Virus record (IMG/VR): IMGVR_UViG_3300005830_000045
Coordinates: 1 to 64,000 of that record
Source of the DNA: a virus
Reading direction: 5' to 3' (one strand)
DNA length: 64,000 bases
A program made the translations under genes and the position numbers. The notes under the pieces are model-generated. The model did no database searches and had not been told where the DNA came from. It saw only the letters and a program-made list of their open reading frames with translations. Shown here piece by piece: positions 37,487 through 47,274 of this stretch (its first letter is position 1; every line of letters begins with the position of its first letter).

Positions 37487-39040
37487 ATGCCAAAACTCAA
37501 GCTTATTCTAAACAACCATAAAATCACAATACAAAACGCTCCAATCAATATAGCACGGTTGCTCGAAAAGGCCACCAGCTATCTTGTTCAAGGGCACTAC
37601 TTCAGTCCGGCATTTCGGAGCAGGCGTTGGGATGGTCGTGAGCACCTTTTGGTTTTCAAAAAGGGCCACTATCGTGCTCCTATAGGTTTGCTTGGAGTAA
37701 TACGTCAAGAGCTTGATAAGAATGGAATAGAATACGAAGTTAAAAGGGCAAAAACGAGAAAACCTGAAAAAGTCGAATTCATTTGGAACGAAGAAATCAG
37801 ATTGAGACCTTATCAGGTGGAAGCTATCGAAGCATTTTGCAAATCTCCTGACGCAGGAAGAGGCATACTGAAGATGCCTATTCGATCAGGGAAAACCAAG
37901 ACTGCTGCAGGAATAATCAAAAGAATAGGAGTAAAAACTTTATTCCTTGTTCCTTCGCAGATGCTTATGTATCAAACTGCGAAATCTCTAAGTGAATCGC
38001 TTCCAGGTTCAAAAGTTGGCATGATTGGGGACGGCAACTGGGAGGAAGGCAGCATAACTGTCGCCACAATTCAAACTCTTGGACGCTTAAAAGGCGGCAC
38101 GAAACAGCAGTGCTCCGGAAACAAAATGAGGAATGAAAGTGGAGTGCTGATAAAGGGCAAGTATTTGGCTTCTCTTGCTCCCTGCGGAAGAAAACGTTGT
38201 AACGGTTCACACAACTATAAGGCAGAGGAGGACACCAGATACAGACCGTTGATCAATAATTATGATTTAGCAATCATGGATGAAATTCACCACTTGACGG
38301 GTGAAGTTTGGCACAACGTATTTTCTGATATACCGGCAAAGTATCGTCTTGGTTTGTCGGCAACTGTCAATTTTGATTGCAAGAAAGAAAATGAAAGAGG
38401 TGTGATTTGGCTTCGTGCTTGTTGCGGAGATATAAAGTATGATGTTTCAACTTCCGAGTTGATAGAACAAGGATACTTGATGAGGCAACATGTTGAGATG
38501 AAGCCAATTCGGAAACCTAATTGCGATGGCGAGAAATGGTCTCGTGATTTACAGAATCGTTGCATATACAGCAATCCTGTGAGAAACAGACAAATAGTTA
38601 TAGATGCTGTGACAGAAACGGATAAAGGCTACAAAGTGATGATAGTCACAAATAGAAAGTCGCAAATCAAAGATATTACAGAGATTATGGATAAATACGG
38701 CATTGGGCACGTTACAGTTACAGGGGAAGACTCTCAGGACGTCAGAGATGAGCGAGTGGATGATTTCAAAAGTGGGAAGGTCCAGATTATCATCGGAACC
38801 GTCTTTGGCGAGGGCGTGGACATCCCTGAGATAGAAAGTGTCATAATTGCTGAAGGCGGACAAGACGCGAAAGCCACGGTTCAGAGGATGAGGAATATGA
38901 CGCCAATGGAAGGGAAGACTGTTTCAAGACTAATTGATTATTGGGATGATACAAACGCCTATTTCAGGAAACATTCCAGAAAAAGATACACAACATACAA
39001 GAGCGAGCCTGCCTTTATAGTCATGAAAACTTGGGAATAA
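37487..39040 (+). CDS. SF2 DExH helicase (UvsW/XPB-like)
   Basis: LRPYQ, MPIRSGKT, DEIHH, GLSAT, EGVDIP, VQR. Confidence 0.9.
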   Translation: MPKLKLILNNHKITIQNAPINIARLLEKATSYLVQGHYFSPAFRSRRWDGREHLLVFKKGHYRAPIGLLGVIRQELDKNGIEYEVKRAKTRKPEKVEFIWNEEIRLRPYQVEAIEAFCKSPDAGRGILKMPIRSGKTKTAAGIIKRIGVKTLFLVPSQMLMYQTAKSLSESLPGSKVGMIGDGNWEEGSITVATIQTLGRLKGGTKQQCSGNKMRNESGVLIKGKYLASLAPCGRKRCNGSHNYKAEEDTRYRPLINNYDLAIMDEIHHLTGEVWHNVFSDIPAKYRLGLSATVNFDCKKENERGVIWLRACCGDIKYDVSTSELIEQGYLMRQHVEMKPIRKPNCDGEKWSRDLQNRCIYSNPVRNRQIVIDAVTETDKGYKVMIVTNRKSQIKDITEIMDKYGIGHVTVTGEDSQDVRDERVDDFKSGKVQIIIGTVFGEGVDIPEIESVIIAEGGQDAKATVQRMRNMTPMEGKTVSRLIDYWDDTNAYFRKHSRKRYTTYKSEPAFIVMKTWE

Positions 39041-39046
39041 AAAGAC

Positions 39047-39076
39047 TTGCCTTCGACATGTGAATCGAGTTAGATT
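39047..39076 (+). promoter_or_regulatory. Possible promoter of the initiator-like gene
   Basis: TTGCCT-N18-TAGATT. Confidence 0.35.
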
Positions 39077-39149
39077 GTAGGTCATGAAAGGGGAACTTGC
39101 GACCGAGACAGAAACATTTTCTGAAAGCGCATGAACGGAGGATCAAAAG

Positions 39150-40706
39150 TTGAAAAAAACACACAAATTGGAAACAGTTGACTTGGTCAAGGCATACGAT
39201 CAGCTGAGCCAAGAAGCATTCTCTGTCTGGATGCGCTTGCACATGCTCGGTGACGATAAACTTGCACTAGGCCATAAAAAGTTGTGCAGGATCGTAGGCT
39301 ACTCTGAAGCACGATACATTGTCATCTTGAGGGATTTGCGCAATGCTGGGTATGTGAAGTTTCTCCCGGCTGAGAGGCCAGGCTTGCCGACGACATTATT
39401 GATGCTGAAAGTTTGCAAATTATCGGGCAAAAACCGCTTTGTCAAACTTAGCGTACAGGGTTCTGGCTGTGCATGCTCAAGTAGCCACGAAGAGGAGAAT
39501 TTGAGCATCCCTTTTGCGCAAAGTCTGTTTGCCAATCTAACAGTAAATGAAAAACAATTCACAGAAAACTACCAGGCAAACAGACACGCATCTTCTGAAG
39601 ATTATGAGGTTACCGGCGCACAAAAACAATTTGATGGAAATCACCAATTTTGTGTTCCTGAAGATGGAAGCGGAAACAGCGAATTCACAATTGGCAAATT
39701 CAATTATTTATGTGCGCAACATGGCCTGTCAAATAAACACGATGATAACTTGAGCATAGGAGAAAGCAATATGTCCGATGACTCTTCAAAAGGAGATAAC
39801 TCCAAGAAAAAAGTAAAATTTTTGACATTTGATGGCGACATAAAGCATGCCTCTGAAACAACTCACAAATCCAAAACAAATATCAGCTATACTAGTTTAA
39901 ATAGTGGGATAAATATATCTAAATACTCAAAAGAGAGACGAACGAAGAGAGTCTTGGAACGCCCAAAACATCCAGATTCTGGCAAACCGATAAATTGGGG
40001 GAAACTAGACCAATTAGGCAAGCCGGCAATCACATTCAATCTATCTGAATCGGAACGAGAGGAACTTATACGTTTATTGGTTCCTGATATGAGAAAACTA
40101 AGTTCAGAAGATAAGAAGTTTAGGCGCGCCGTTGAAAGGAAACTTGAACAAGAGTTTGTCCGGCTATACGAAAGGTATCGGCGTGCGGCTATGAGAGAAA
40201 TGGGTTGGGGCACAACAAAGTATGACGTTATGTCAAAAGAAAGGAAGTATGCTTTGGCAGCAGCGATTTCTTGCGTTGTAAAAGGAGTTACACCACGACA
40301 AGTTTTCCAGTATTGGCACAAGAACATAAAGCACTTTGCCAATAGCAAGCTTTCCGTGCCGCCTTTGCCCTTTCTAAGTCAACCGGCCAACATCGATGAA
40401 GTATGTATCAACATGATGGAAGAGAAGCACTCCGGGCCAAAGAGGCATGATTCCGGCAGACCGCGTTCCATGCACACCATGAGCGATACCTCGTTGCTTG
40501 ATCCTCGATTCAGAAAAACTTTGGCGGAAGTAGGATTTGATCTCAGCGGTATGAATGATGTTTACCTTGCAACGGTCCAAGCTTATGCTGTGGACGTGGC
40601 TGGCGGCCAAGTAAAAGCCAGGTTTATCCCTTCCAAGTTGCGAGAAATGGTGAAGTGGGCCGCTGACAACTTTTTTGCCGATAAGAATCTTGATGATTAC
40701 ATCTAA
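39150..40706 (+). CDS. Putative replication initiator (N-terminal winged HTH)
   Basis: LSQEAFSVW..KLCRIVGYSE...LRDLRNAGYV; directly upstream of the DnaC-like gene and DnaB. Confidence 0.55.
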   Translation: MKKTHKLETVDLVKAYDQLSQEAFSVWMRLHMLGDDKLALGHKKLCRIVGYSEARYIVILRDLRNAGYVKFLPAERPGLPTTLLMLKVCKLSGKNRFVKLSVQGSGCACSSSHEEENLSIPFAQSLFANLTVNEKQFTENYQANRHASSEDYEVTGAQKQFDGNHQFCVPEDGSGNSEFTIGKFNYLCAQHGLSNKHDDNLSIGESNMSDDSSKGDNSKKKVKFLTFDGDIKHASETTHKSKTNISYTSLNSGINISKYSKERRTKRVLERPKHPDSGKPINWGKLDQLGKPAITFNLSESEREELIRLLVPDMRKLSSEDKKFRRAVERKLEQEFVRLYERYRRAAMREMGWGTTKYDVMSKERKYALAAAISCVVKGVTPRQVFQYWHKNIKHFANSKLSVPPLPFLSQPANIDEVCINMMEEKHSGPKRHDSGRPRSMHTMSDTSLLDPRFRKTLAEVGFDLSGMNDVYLATVQAYAVDVAGGQVKARFIPSKLREMVKWAADNFFADKNLDDYI

Positions 40707-40743
40707 TTCATCTTCAGAGTTTCAATCTCATAAGGAGATAGCA

Positions 40744-41469
40744 ATGAAGAACAAACAAGAAGTGGGCACGTTCAAATATGAGGCGTCTATCAGAGCTATG
40801 AAGTGCCCTGAGTGTAAAGGTGCTCTCAATCAGCTGTGCGCTTGCACGGCAAGGTTTCGCTTTGAGGTGGAGGCGTTTGAATCTTGCATCCCTCGTGACT
40901 TTTGGGACATCGAAGAAAAGGATATATCGCACAACGTTGAGGCTTTTAAGGATTTCATAAAGCCTTATTGTAAAAAGCTGAACAAGGCGCATAAGCATGG
41001 CTACGGGTTGCTGCTTTCCGGTCCAAATGGCGTGGGAAAGACAACTTTTATGAGTTATGTTCTTACATGTGCAATACGTCGTGGAAAAAGTGTATATTAT
41101 ACGACTATGCTTCAACTTGACCACGATATAAAGGCAGGGTTCGGTGATGTTCAGTCCCAAATACGCCTTGAGTGGATGCTGACTTCCGATTTCTTGGGCC
41201 TCGATGAAATGGGGAAAGAACAATTCAAAGGGATTGATCGGCCAACGTTTATAAAGGCGCAGATTGAACGTATTCTCAAACAACGTTTTGATGAGAGCAG
41301 ACCGGTCATCCTCGCGACAAACTTGAATGCTTCCTCGCTTGCGAAATCTTATGGCGACAGCATAGTTTCAATCGTTCAAGGTAAATATCAACAAGTGGTC
41401 ATGGAGCCTGGAGATTTCAGGAAAACAATCGGCGAAAAGATGGCAAAGGACATGGGCTATTTGTCGTGA
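40744..41469 (+). CDS. DnaC/IstB-like helicase loader
   Basis: CPEC..CAC, GPNGVGKT, LGLDEMGKE, R..RPVILATN. Confidence 0.85.
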   Translation: MKNKQEVGTFKYEASIRAMKCPECKGALNQLCACTARFRFEVEAFESCIPRDFWDIEEKDISHNVEAFKDFIKPYCKKLNKAHKHGYGLLLSGPNGVGKTTFMSYVLTCAIRRGKSVYYTTMLQLDHDIKAGFGDVQSQIRLEWMLTSDFLGLDEMGKEQFKGIDRPTFIKAQIERILKQRFDESRPVILATNLNASSLAKSYGDSIVSIVQGKYQQVVMEPGDFRKTIGEKMAKDMGYLS

Positions 41470-42827
41470 AGATTGACATTGAATTCGAGGAAGAAGTTCT
41501 TGCACGAGCACTACGTGACGCAATGTATCTCAAGAAAGCTTCTGGCATATTGGATGCTCACCATTTCGGAACCAAGCACCATAGTTGGGTTTGGAAGCAG
41601 ATGAAAGAAGTGTGGTCTGCTTATCGGGAGTTGTGTAGCCCTAAGATGTTCGTTGCTCGCGTAAAGCGTGACTTCCTTGAGCTCGATGACAGGGAGCCAT
41701 ATTTACAATTAGTCAAAAAGCTTTTTCGTCTGAAGCCAAAAGCTTCTGCTGCTTCGCTCGATGAGCTGAGTCAATTCGTTCGATTTGTGAACGCACAACT
41801 GGCCTTGGAAAAGGGAGCAACCGCGCTTGAAAAGGGGAAGGTTGATGACGTTTATGGCGTCATGCAAGAGATTTCTCAAAAAGACCTTAGACCGCGAGTA
41901 TATACTCGTGTAAAGTGGATTGAGGAGTTTGAGGAGCGACAACGCGAAAGGAAGCACCGAAAGGAGCACCCAGAGGAGTACACCTCAATACCTACAGGCC
42001 TCAGCAAGCTCGATTCAATAATAACAGGAATTCAGATTGGAGAAATAGGGCTTGTTCTCGGGACAACTGGACGAGGCAAATCTATATTCTTGAACAACCT
42101 TGCTTACACAGCTGTGAAATTGGGCTTCCCAACAGCATACTTCGCCTTTGAGATGCCAGCCCGGCAAATTGCCCAACGGCAAGATGCTCGTTGGCTTCAA
42201 ATGCCTTATAGGAAGTTCAAGGATTATGCATTTACTCCATCAGAGCTTAGAGAAATCAATGTAAAGTTAGGCAGGATGAGACCACGTTGGAAAAGTCTTT
42301 TTCAGATATTTAGCATGCCGGTGAGGAGCGCTACGATCAACACGGTCATATCTGCTCTTGATGATGCTTACCTTGAAGATGGATTTAAGCCTAAGTTGCT
42401 CCTTTTTGATAGTGCTGATCATCTTTTGCCCACTGGAAGGTCAGAGTCTTTTAGGCTTGATCAAGCGAATGTGTACTGGGCCATGAAGGGATTGGCTGAA
42501 AGCGATGGCTATGCCATTTGGAGTTCAACACAAGCAAAACAGGAGTATGCAACGCGAACAATTACGGCTGAAGGTGGAAGCGAATCATACGACAAGGCGA
42601 GGATTGCTGATGTTATGGTTTCTTTGAATGAACCTCGCAAGTCAAGTCGTGCTACTAAGATTGTCGATGACGATGATGACGATGACGGCGAAAGTTTGAC
42701 GCCTACAACCAAGGGAAGCTTCCTTGAGCTTTTCCTTGCGAAGTATCGCGATGGAATGAGTAAAGTAACAATTCCTCTTGACGCTGAGTTTGAAAAGATG
42801 ATCATACATGAGGTTTATGTAGAGTAA
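41466..42827 (+). CDS. dnaB: Replicative DNA helicase
   Basis: IPTGL..LD, GTTGRGKS, FEM, FDSADHL, TQ, AKYRDG. Confidence 0.88.
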   Translation: MKIDIEFEEEVLARALRDAMYLKKASGILDAHHFGTKHHSWVWKQMKEVWSAYRELCSPKMFVARVKRDFLELDDREPYLQLVKKLFRLKPKASAASLDELSQFVRFVNAQLALEKGATALEKGKVDDVYGVMQEISQKDLRPRVYTRVKWIEEFEERQRERKHRKEHPEEYTSIPTGLSKLDSIITGIQIGEIGLVLGTTGRGKSIFLNNLAYTAVKLGFPTAYFAFEMPARQIAQRQDARWLQMPYRKFKDYAFTPSELREINVKLGRMRPRWKSLFQIFSMPVRSATINTVISALDDAYLEDGFKPKLLLFDSADHLLPTGRSESFRLDQANVYWAMKGLAESDGYAIWSSTQAKQEYATRTITAEGGSESYDKARIADVMVSLNEPRKSSRATKIVDDDDDDDGESLTPTTKGSFLELFLAKYRDGMSKVTIPLDAEFEKMIIHEVYVE

Positions 42828-43852
42828 TGTTTGATCTAGTAGAATGGGTTGACGCGAACATAGACCGTGCTCGTCCATCAGCTGGAGATGAGCGGACAGG
42901 AGAGTGCCCGTTTTGCGGCAAATATGGTGGTTTTTATATCAATTGTAGTGAAGATGGTAACGGGCCATGGGTGTGCTTCAAATGTGGAGAAGCATCAAAA
43001 AGCGTGATTCGTCTTATCGCGCACGTGGAAGGTATCACGCCTCAAGAGGCACGTGCTTTCCTCCTCAAATCTAAGGTTGAATTCAGAAGGAAAGAAACTG
43101 CCATTTCTCTTCTCGATAGGATCAAAGCGATAAGAGGAAACGAGGACATAGATTCAATTGATTTGTTCGATGAAAAGGTTGAAGGCGGATTGCCTTCTGA
43201 ATTTGTTCCTGTTTGGGACGGGAAGAAGTGGCGTGTTCCTGTTTATATGAGCAAAAGAGGATACAGGAGGTCAATCCTTCGAGATTGGGGAGTTGGTTTC
43301 TGCAACAGTGGAAGATACGCAAGGCGCGTCATCGTTCCTCTTGAGTGCCCAAATGGCAGGAGCTTTACTGCCCGTGATGTTACAGGTGAACAAAAGCCAA
43401 AATATTTGAACCCAGAAGGCATCGACCATAGGCGTTTGTTGTTTGGCTGGAATAGTGTGTCGAATCATTCCGGTTTTGAGCTGGTGGAAGGACCACTTGA
43501 TGCTATGAAGCTCGATCAACACGGGTTGCCTTCGATGGCCATGGGCGGAAAAGTTCTTCATTCCGAGCAATTGAATATGTTATTCAAAAGGCCTAGTTCT
43601 GTGCGGGTCACGGTCATGTTGGATCCAGAGGCGTTGAAGGAAGCGTATAATGTAGCGTCACAACTTATTGTTCATTTTGATCGTGTTTATGTAGCCTATA
43701 CGTTGCCTGACGGCGTTGATCCAGGCGATACGACCAGGGCCCAGGCACGAGAAACGCACAATAAAGCCTTTAGATACTCTGGAGAACGGGCTGAGAGAGT
43801 GCAGGTTGTAGTAAAAAATGCGCGCCATAAGTTACAGAAAATATTTGAATAA
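42827..43852 (+). CDS. dnaG: DNA primase (Zn finger + TOPRIM)
   Basis: CPFC..CFKC, PKYLN, LVEGPLDA, MLDPE, DPG. Confidence 0.88.
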   Translation: MFDLVEWVDANIDRARPSAGDERTGECPFCGKYGGFYINCSEDGNGPWVCFKCGEASKSVIRLIAHVEGITPQEARAFLLKSKVEFRRKETAISLLDRIKAIRGNEDIDSIDLFDEKVEGGLPSEFVPVWDGKKWRVPVYMSKRGYRRSILRDWGVGFCNSGRYARRVIVPLECPNGRSFTARDVTGEQKPKYLNPEGIDHRRLLFGWNSVSNHSGFELVEGPLDAMKLDQHGLPSMAMGGKVLHSEQLNMLFKRPSSVRVTVMLDPEALKEAYNVASQLIVHFDRVYVAYTLPDGVDPGDTTRAQARETHNKAFRYSGERAERVQVVVKNARHKLQKIFE

Positions 43853-43896
43853 TTACATATAAGGGAAAAAAAGTTGAAATCAAGGCAAAAAACTTC

Positions 43897-43926
43897 TTGA
43901 CCTTTGAAGCTGTATGGCATTATCCT
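43897..43926 (+). promoter_or_regulatory. Possible promoter of the CobS-like gene
   Basis: TTGACC-N18-TATCCT preceded by A-tracts. Confidence 0.4.
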
Positions 43927-43947
43927 GGATTTATTGGCGCAAACAAA

Positions 43948-45132
43948 ATGGCAAGGAGCAGTGACGCTATGCCATCACCAAAAGACTCCCACGATAGCAG
44001 AGGCAGGGCAAAGGTCAAGTGCGAAGTCTGTGGACTTTGGTATCATCGGCTTGATGTCCACATTGCCAAGAAGCACGGAATGAACGTCGAGCAGTACCAA
44101 GCGACGCACCCAGGGTGCCCAACCATCAGCGAGGCAGCATCCCAGGCAGCGTCATCCGCAGCGGTTAAAAAGGCGTCTCACGCCAAAGTAGTCAGAGAAG
44201 CGAAAGAGGAAACGTTCAGCGGAGACAAGGACACGTTCCGTATCGGCGTGGCACGCCTCAAGATGCGAAAAGACCTCAGCGAAGTAGACAAATTTCACGT
44301 TCCGGACTACGACCCAAAATACAATCTCGGCATGATGGAGAGAGAGAATTGGGAATATATCGCTCTTGGCGTTCAAGATAGTGAAAACGTTTTCATCTCC
44401 GGTCCAACCGGGTGCGGTAAAAGTTTGGGCGTTCTTCAACTCGCAGCAGCTCTCAATCAGCCTGTGCAGCGTATCAACCTTCACGGTGAAGTCAGAGCTT
44501 CTGACTTCGTTGGTGATAAGACTGTTGATGTTGACCCTGAAAGTGGACAAGCCGTTGTTGTGTGGAAAGATGGCATTCTCCCTAATGCTATGCGCAACGG
44601 CCACTGGTTGCTTCTCGATGAATTGGATGCTGCGCCTGCTCACGTGCTTTTCGTGCTCCAGTCTGTTCTCGAAAAGGGGATGCGCCTTGTCCTTTCAAAC
44701 AACAACGGAGAAATAGTAAAGGCCCACGAAAGTTTTCGCATTATCGCAACGGCCAACACTTTTGGCAGAGGCGATGATAGCGGAATGTACGGCGGTACAA
44801 ATATTCTCAACGAGGCATTTCTTGATCGTTTTGGAATCGTGATTCTCGTTGATTACCCTGGCGAGTTAACCGAAAGGGACATCATCGTGGAGCGCACTGG
44901 CTTGAATGGAGATGATGCTAGTAAGATGGTCAAGATTGCTCATGATGTTCGGAAGGCTTTGGAGAATGAAACGGTTTTTTGTTCTTTCTCGACAAGGCGT
45001 CTTGTCGCATGGGCACAAGCCTCTGTTCGATTGGGAGATGTTAAAAGGGCAGTCAAAATCAGCGTAACAAATAGGTTGAGCGCTGAGGATGCAACATTTA
45101 TTTCTGGATTGGTCCAAAGGTATTGGGGGTGA
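43948..45132 (+). CDS. CobS/MoxR-type AAA+ ATPase with N-terminal C2H2 zinc finger (start could be 43969)
   Basis: CEVC..H..KH, GPTGCGKS, W.DG.L..AM..G..LLLDELD, FRIIATANT, NEAFLDRF, STRRL. Confidence 0.9.
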   Translation: MARSSDAMPSPKDSHDSRGRAKVKCEVCGLWYHRLDVHIAKKHGMNVEQYQATHPGCPTISEAASQAASSAAVKKASHAKVVREAKEETFSGDKDTFRIGVARLKMRKDLSEVDKFHVPDYDPKYNLGMMERENWEYIALGVQDSENVFISGPTGCGKSLGVLQLAAALNQPVQRINLHGEVRASDFVGDKTVDVDPESGQAVVVWKDGILPNAMRNGHWLLLDELDAAPAHVLFVLQSVLEKGMRLVLSNNNGEIVKAHESFRIIATANTFGRGDDSGMYGGTNILNEAFLDRFGIVILVDYPGELTERDIIVERTGLNGDDASKMVKIAHDVRKALENETVFCSFSTRRLVAWAQASVRLGDVKRAVKISVTNRLSAEDATFISGLVQRYWG

Positions 45133-45243
45133 TTAGATAAATCTTTCCAATAAAACCTAATAAATTCACAAAGTAGCAAAAAAGTTTGTTTTTTTGGTAG
45201 AATTTTTTGGCAAATTCGTTTATGTTTATCTTATCGGCAACAA

Positions 45244-47274
45244 ATGATGAGGCTAAGGATGAAATTAAAGACCAATGCTCGCAGAAACGCACTTGATGGC
45301 CCTTTCACAGCGATAGCAAGGGCCCAAAGTCGTTCCTGGAAAGTCAATATCGTAGCTTCCGGCAGCGTTCTCGCAACAGATGGCAATACTATATATTTTC
45401 CATGGAATAGCGATGACATCGACACTATTCCTTTCAACGTTTTGAATGGATACCTTGACCATGAGGTGGGGCATATCGCAGAAGAAAGGGAGCATGCTAT
45501 AGACGGTCGTGAGACTCCTCTTGAAATCGCAAAGCGTCAAACAAATATCACAAAAAGAATGCTCCTCAATGTATACGAAGACATTCGTATGGAGATAAAA
45601 AGGGGCAAGATTTATCCTGGAGTCGCAGCAAATCTCAAGGCATCTAACGAGCACTCCGTTGGCACCTTTATAAAAAGATTTGGTGATGGCGATGGCATGG
45701 AAAAGGCTAATTTCTGGCACACTTTAGGGTGCGGGATCATCTTTGCCGCTAGGGAACTTGACACCTTTTGGCTTCCAGAGCAGTACGCTCCGTTCATGGA
45801 AATGCTACAGCCTGAAATCGAGGAAAGTAGGCACGTGGTTTGGGCCCAAGACTCGATGGAGCTTGTCGAGAGAACTTTTGAAAAAGTCCGTGAACTAGCT
45901 AAGGATATTGAAGATTGGATGGAAAAGAAGACAGCTCTGAAGAAAGAAGAGAAAGGCGAGTCAGAGTCAAGCGATACAAAGGGCAAGAGTGAAAGCGACA
46001 CGAAGGATGAAGGTGGTGTTGGTGGCCCTAGCGAAGATGGTTCTGACGATGCAACTGCCGAGGATGGTGATGGTGCCTCTGATAGCGCTGAAGGTGGCGA
46101 TCAGGAAGTTGGTGAAGGCGAGGAAAGTGCTAGCGGTGTAGAGGGTGGTGTCAGGCGTGGCGATAACGCCGAAGGCGATACCTCGTTTGGTTCACCCTCT
46201 ACAAGCGCAGAGGACACAAAAGAGGACATGTCTGAAGGCAAAGAAGAAGTGCCATGCGATGGCGCTGAGAAAGCCGCAGAAATCACAGCTGGGGCTTTTC
46301 AAGATGCTGACACCGATGACATCATGTGCGAAGGCAAGAAAGAAATTGAAAAGGCGAGCGAAGATCTTTCTACCTTGCGCGGTGGATACAACCCCTGCCC
46401 CTCTGCCCTTGAGGCTGATCAGTGGATCGTTCCGAAGAAGGGTGAAGAAGCAATTTACAATCAGATCAAGAAGCAGGTCCAGCAGCAGATTTCTGCACTT
46501 CGGTCCAAGTTGATCCACATCATTCGCAGTCGGGCAATTTCTCGCGAGCAATACGAGCAAGACAATGGGAAGCTTGACACTTCTTCGCTTTACCGCTTGC
46601 GCTTGGGCAGTAAGCAGGTATTCAGCAAGACCGTTTCAGGGCAAATGCTTGACACCGCAGTCACGGTGCTCGTGGACCTTTCTGGCTCGATGGGCGATTC
46701 AAATTTTGCCTATTCCAGAGCTTGTTACGCTAGGATGACGGCTGTTGCCCTTGCAGAAACTTTTGAATCAATCAACGTTCCTTTCGAGATAATAGGGTTT
46801 CACAACAGCTACGACATCCCTTTCAAGCCTGATCGCAGTGGAGCGTTCGTGAATAGACTTCCCTTTGAGTATCACGTTTACAAGAGCTTTGAAGAGGTCC
46901 ATCGCTCCGTTCGATGCCGTCTTGTTGGGATAACAGGACGGCAAGAGAACGCTGATGGCGAGGCAATCGTGGGGGTCGCAAGGAGATTGGTTGTTCGTCC
47001 TGAGAGTCGCAAGCTCATGTTCGTTATCAGCGACGGAAAGCCAGTCTGTCCCGGATTGAGTGATGAAGTTGGCTCAAGACATTTGATTGATTCAATCAAA
47101 AAGGTGCGAGGGGCAGGGATTATCCTTTTTGGTATCGGAGTGCAGCATTTGGATATCGTGCGTTACTATGGCGTAGAGCACAGCATTTGCGTGGACAAAC
47201 TTGACAAGATGGCCGAAAACATTTTCAAGGTCGTGCGTTCCGTACTTATCGCAGGCCTCAAAAAGGTGGCGTGA
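45244..47274 (+). CDS. CobT-like vWA protein (HExxH N-domain, acidic linker)
   Basis: DHEVGH, NVYED.R.E, DLSGSM MIDAS, NADGEA, ISDG.P. Confidence 0.88.
   Translation: MMRLRMKLKTNARRNALDGPFTAIARAQSRSWKVNIVASGSVLATDGNTIYFPWNSDDIDTIPFNVLNGYLDHEVGHIAEEREHAIDGRETPLEIAKRQTNITKRMLLNVYEDIRMEIKRGKIYPGVAANLKASNEHSVGTFIKRFGDGDGMEKANFWHTLGCGIIFAARELDTFWLPEQYAPFMEMLQPEIEESRHVVWAQDSMELVERTFEKVRELAKDIEDWMEKKTALKKEEKGESESSDTKGKSESDTKDEGGVGGPSEDGSDDATAEDGDGASDSAEGGDQEVGEGEESASGVEGGVRRGDNAEGDTSFGSPSTSAEDTKEDMSEGKEEVPCDGAEKAAEITAGAFQDADTDDIMCEGKKEIEKASEDLSTLRGGYNPCPSALEADQWIVPKKGEEAIYNQIKKQVQQQISALRSKLIHIIRSRAISREQYEQDNGKLDTSSLYRLRLGSKQVFSKTVSGQMLDTAVTVLVDLSGSMGDSNFAYSRACYARMTAVALAETFESINVPFEIIGFHNSYDIPFKPDRSGAFVNRLPFEYHVYKSFEEVHRSVRCRLVGITGRQENADGEAIVGVARRLVVRPESRKLMFVISDGKPVCPGLSDEVGSRHLIDSIKKVRGAGIILFGIGVQHLDIVRYYGVEHSICVDKLDKMAENIFKVVRSVLIAGLKKVA

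Noticed and set aside
43948-47274. Cobalamin biosynthesis auxiliary genes
   Set aside because: No cobN or other cob genes are present; the MoxR/vWA pair is a general chaperone-type module.
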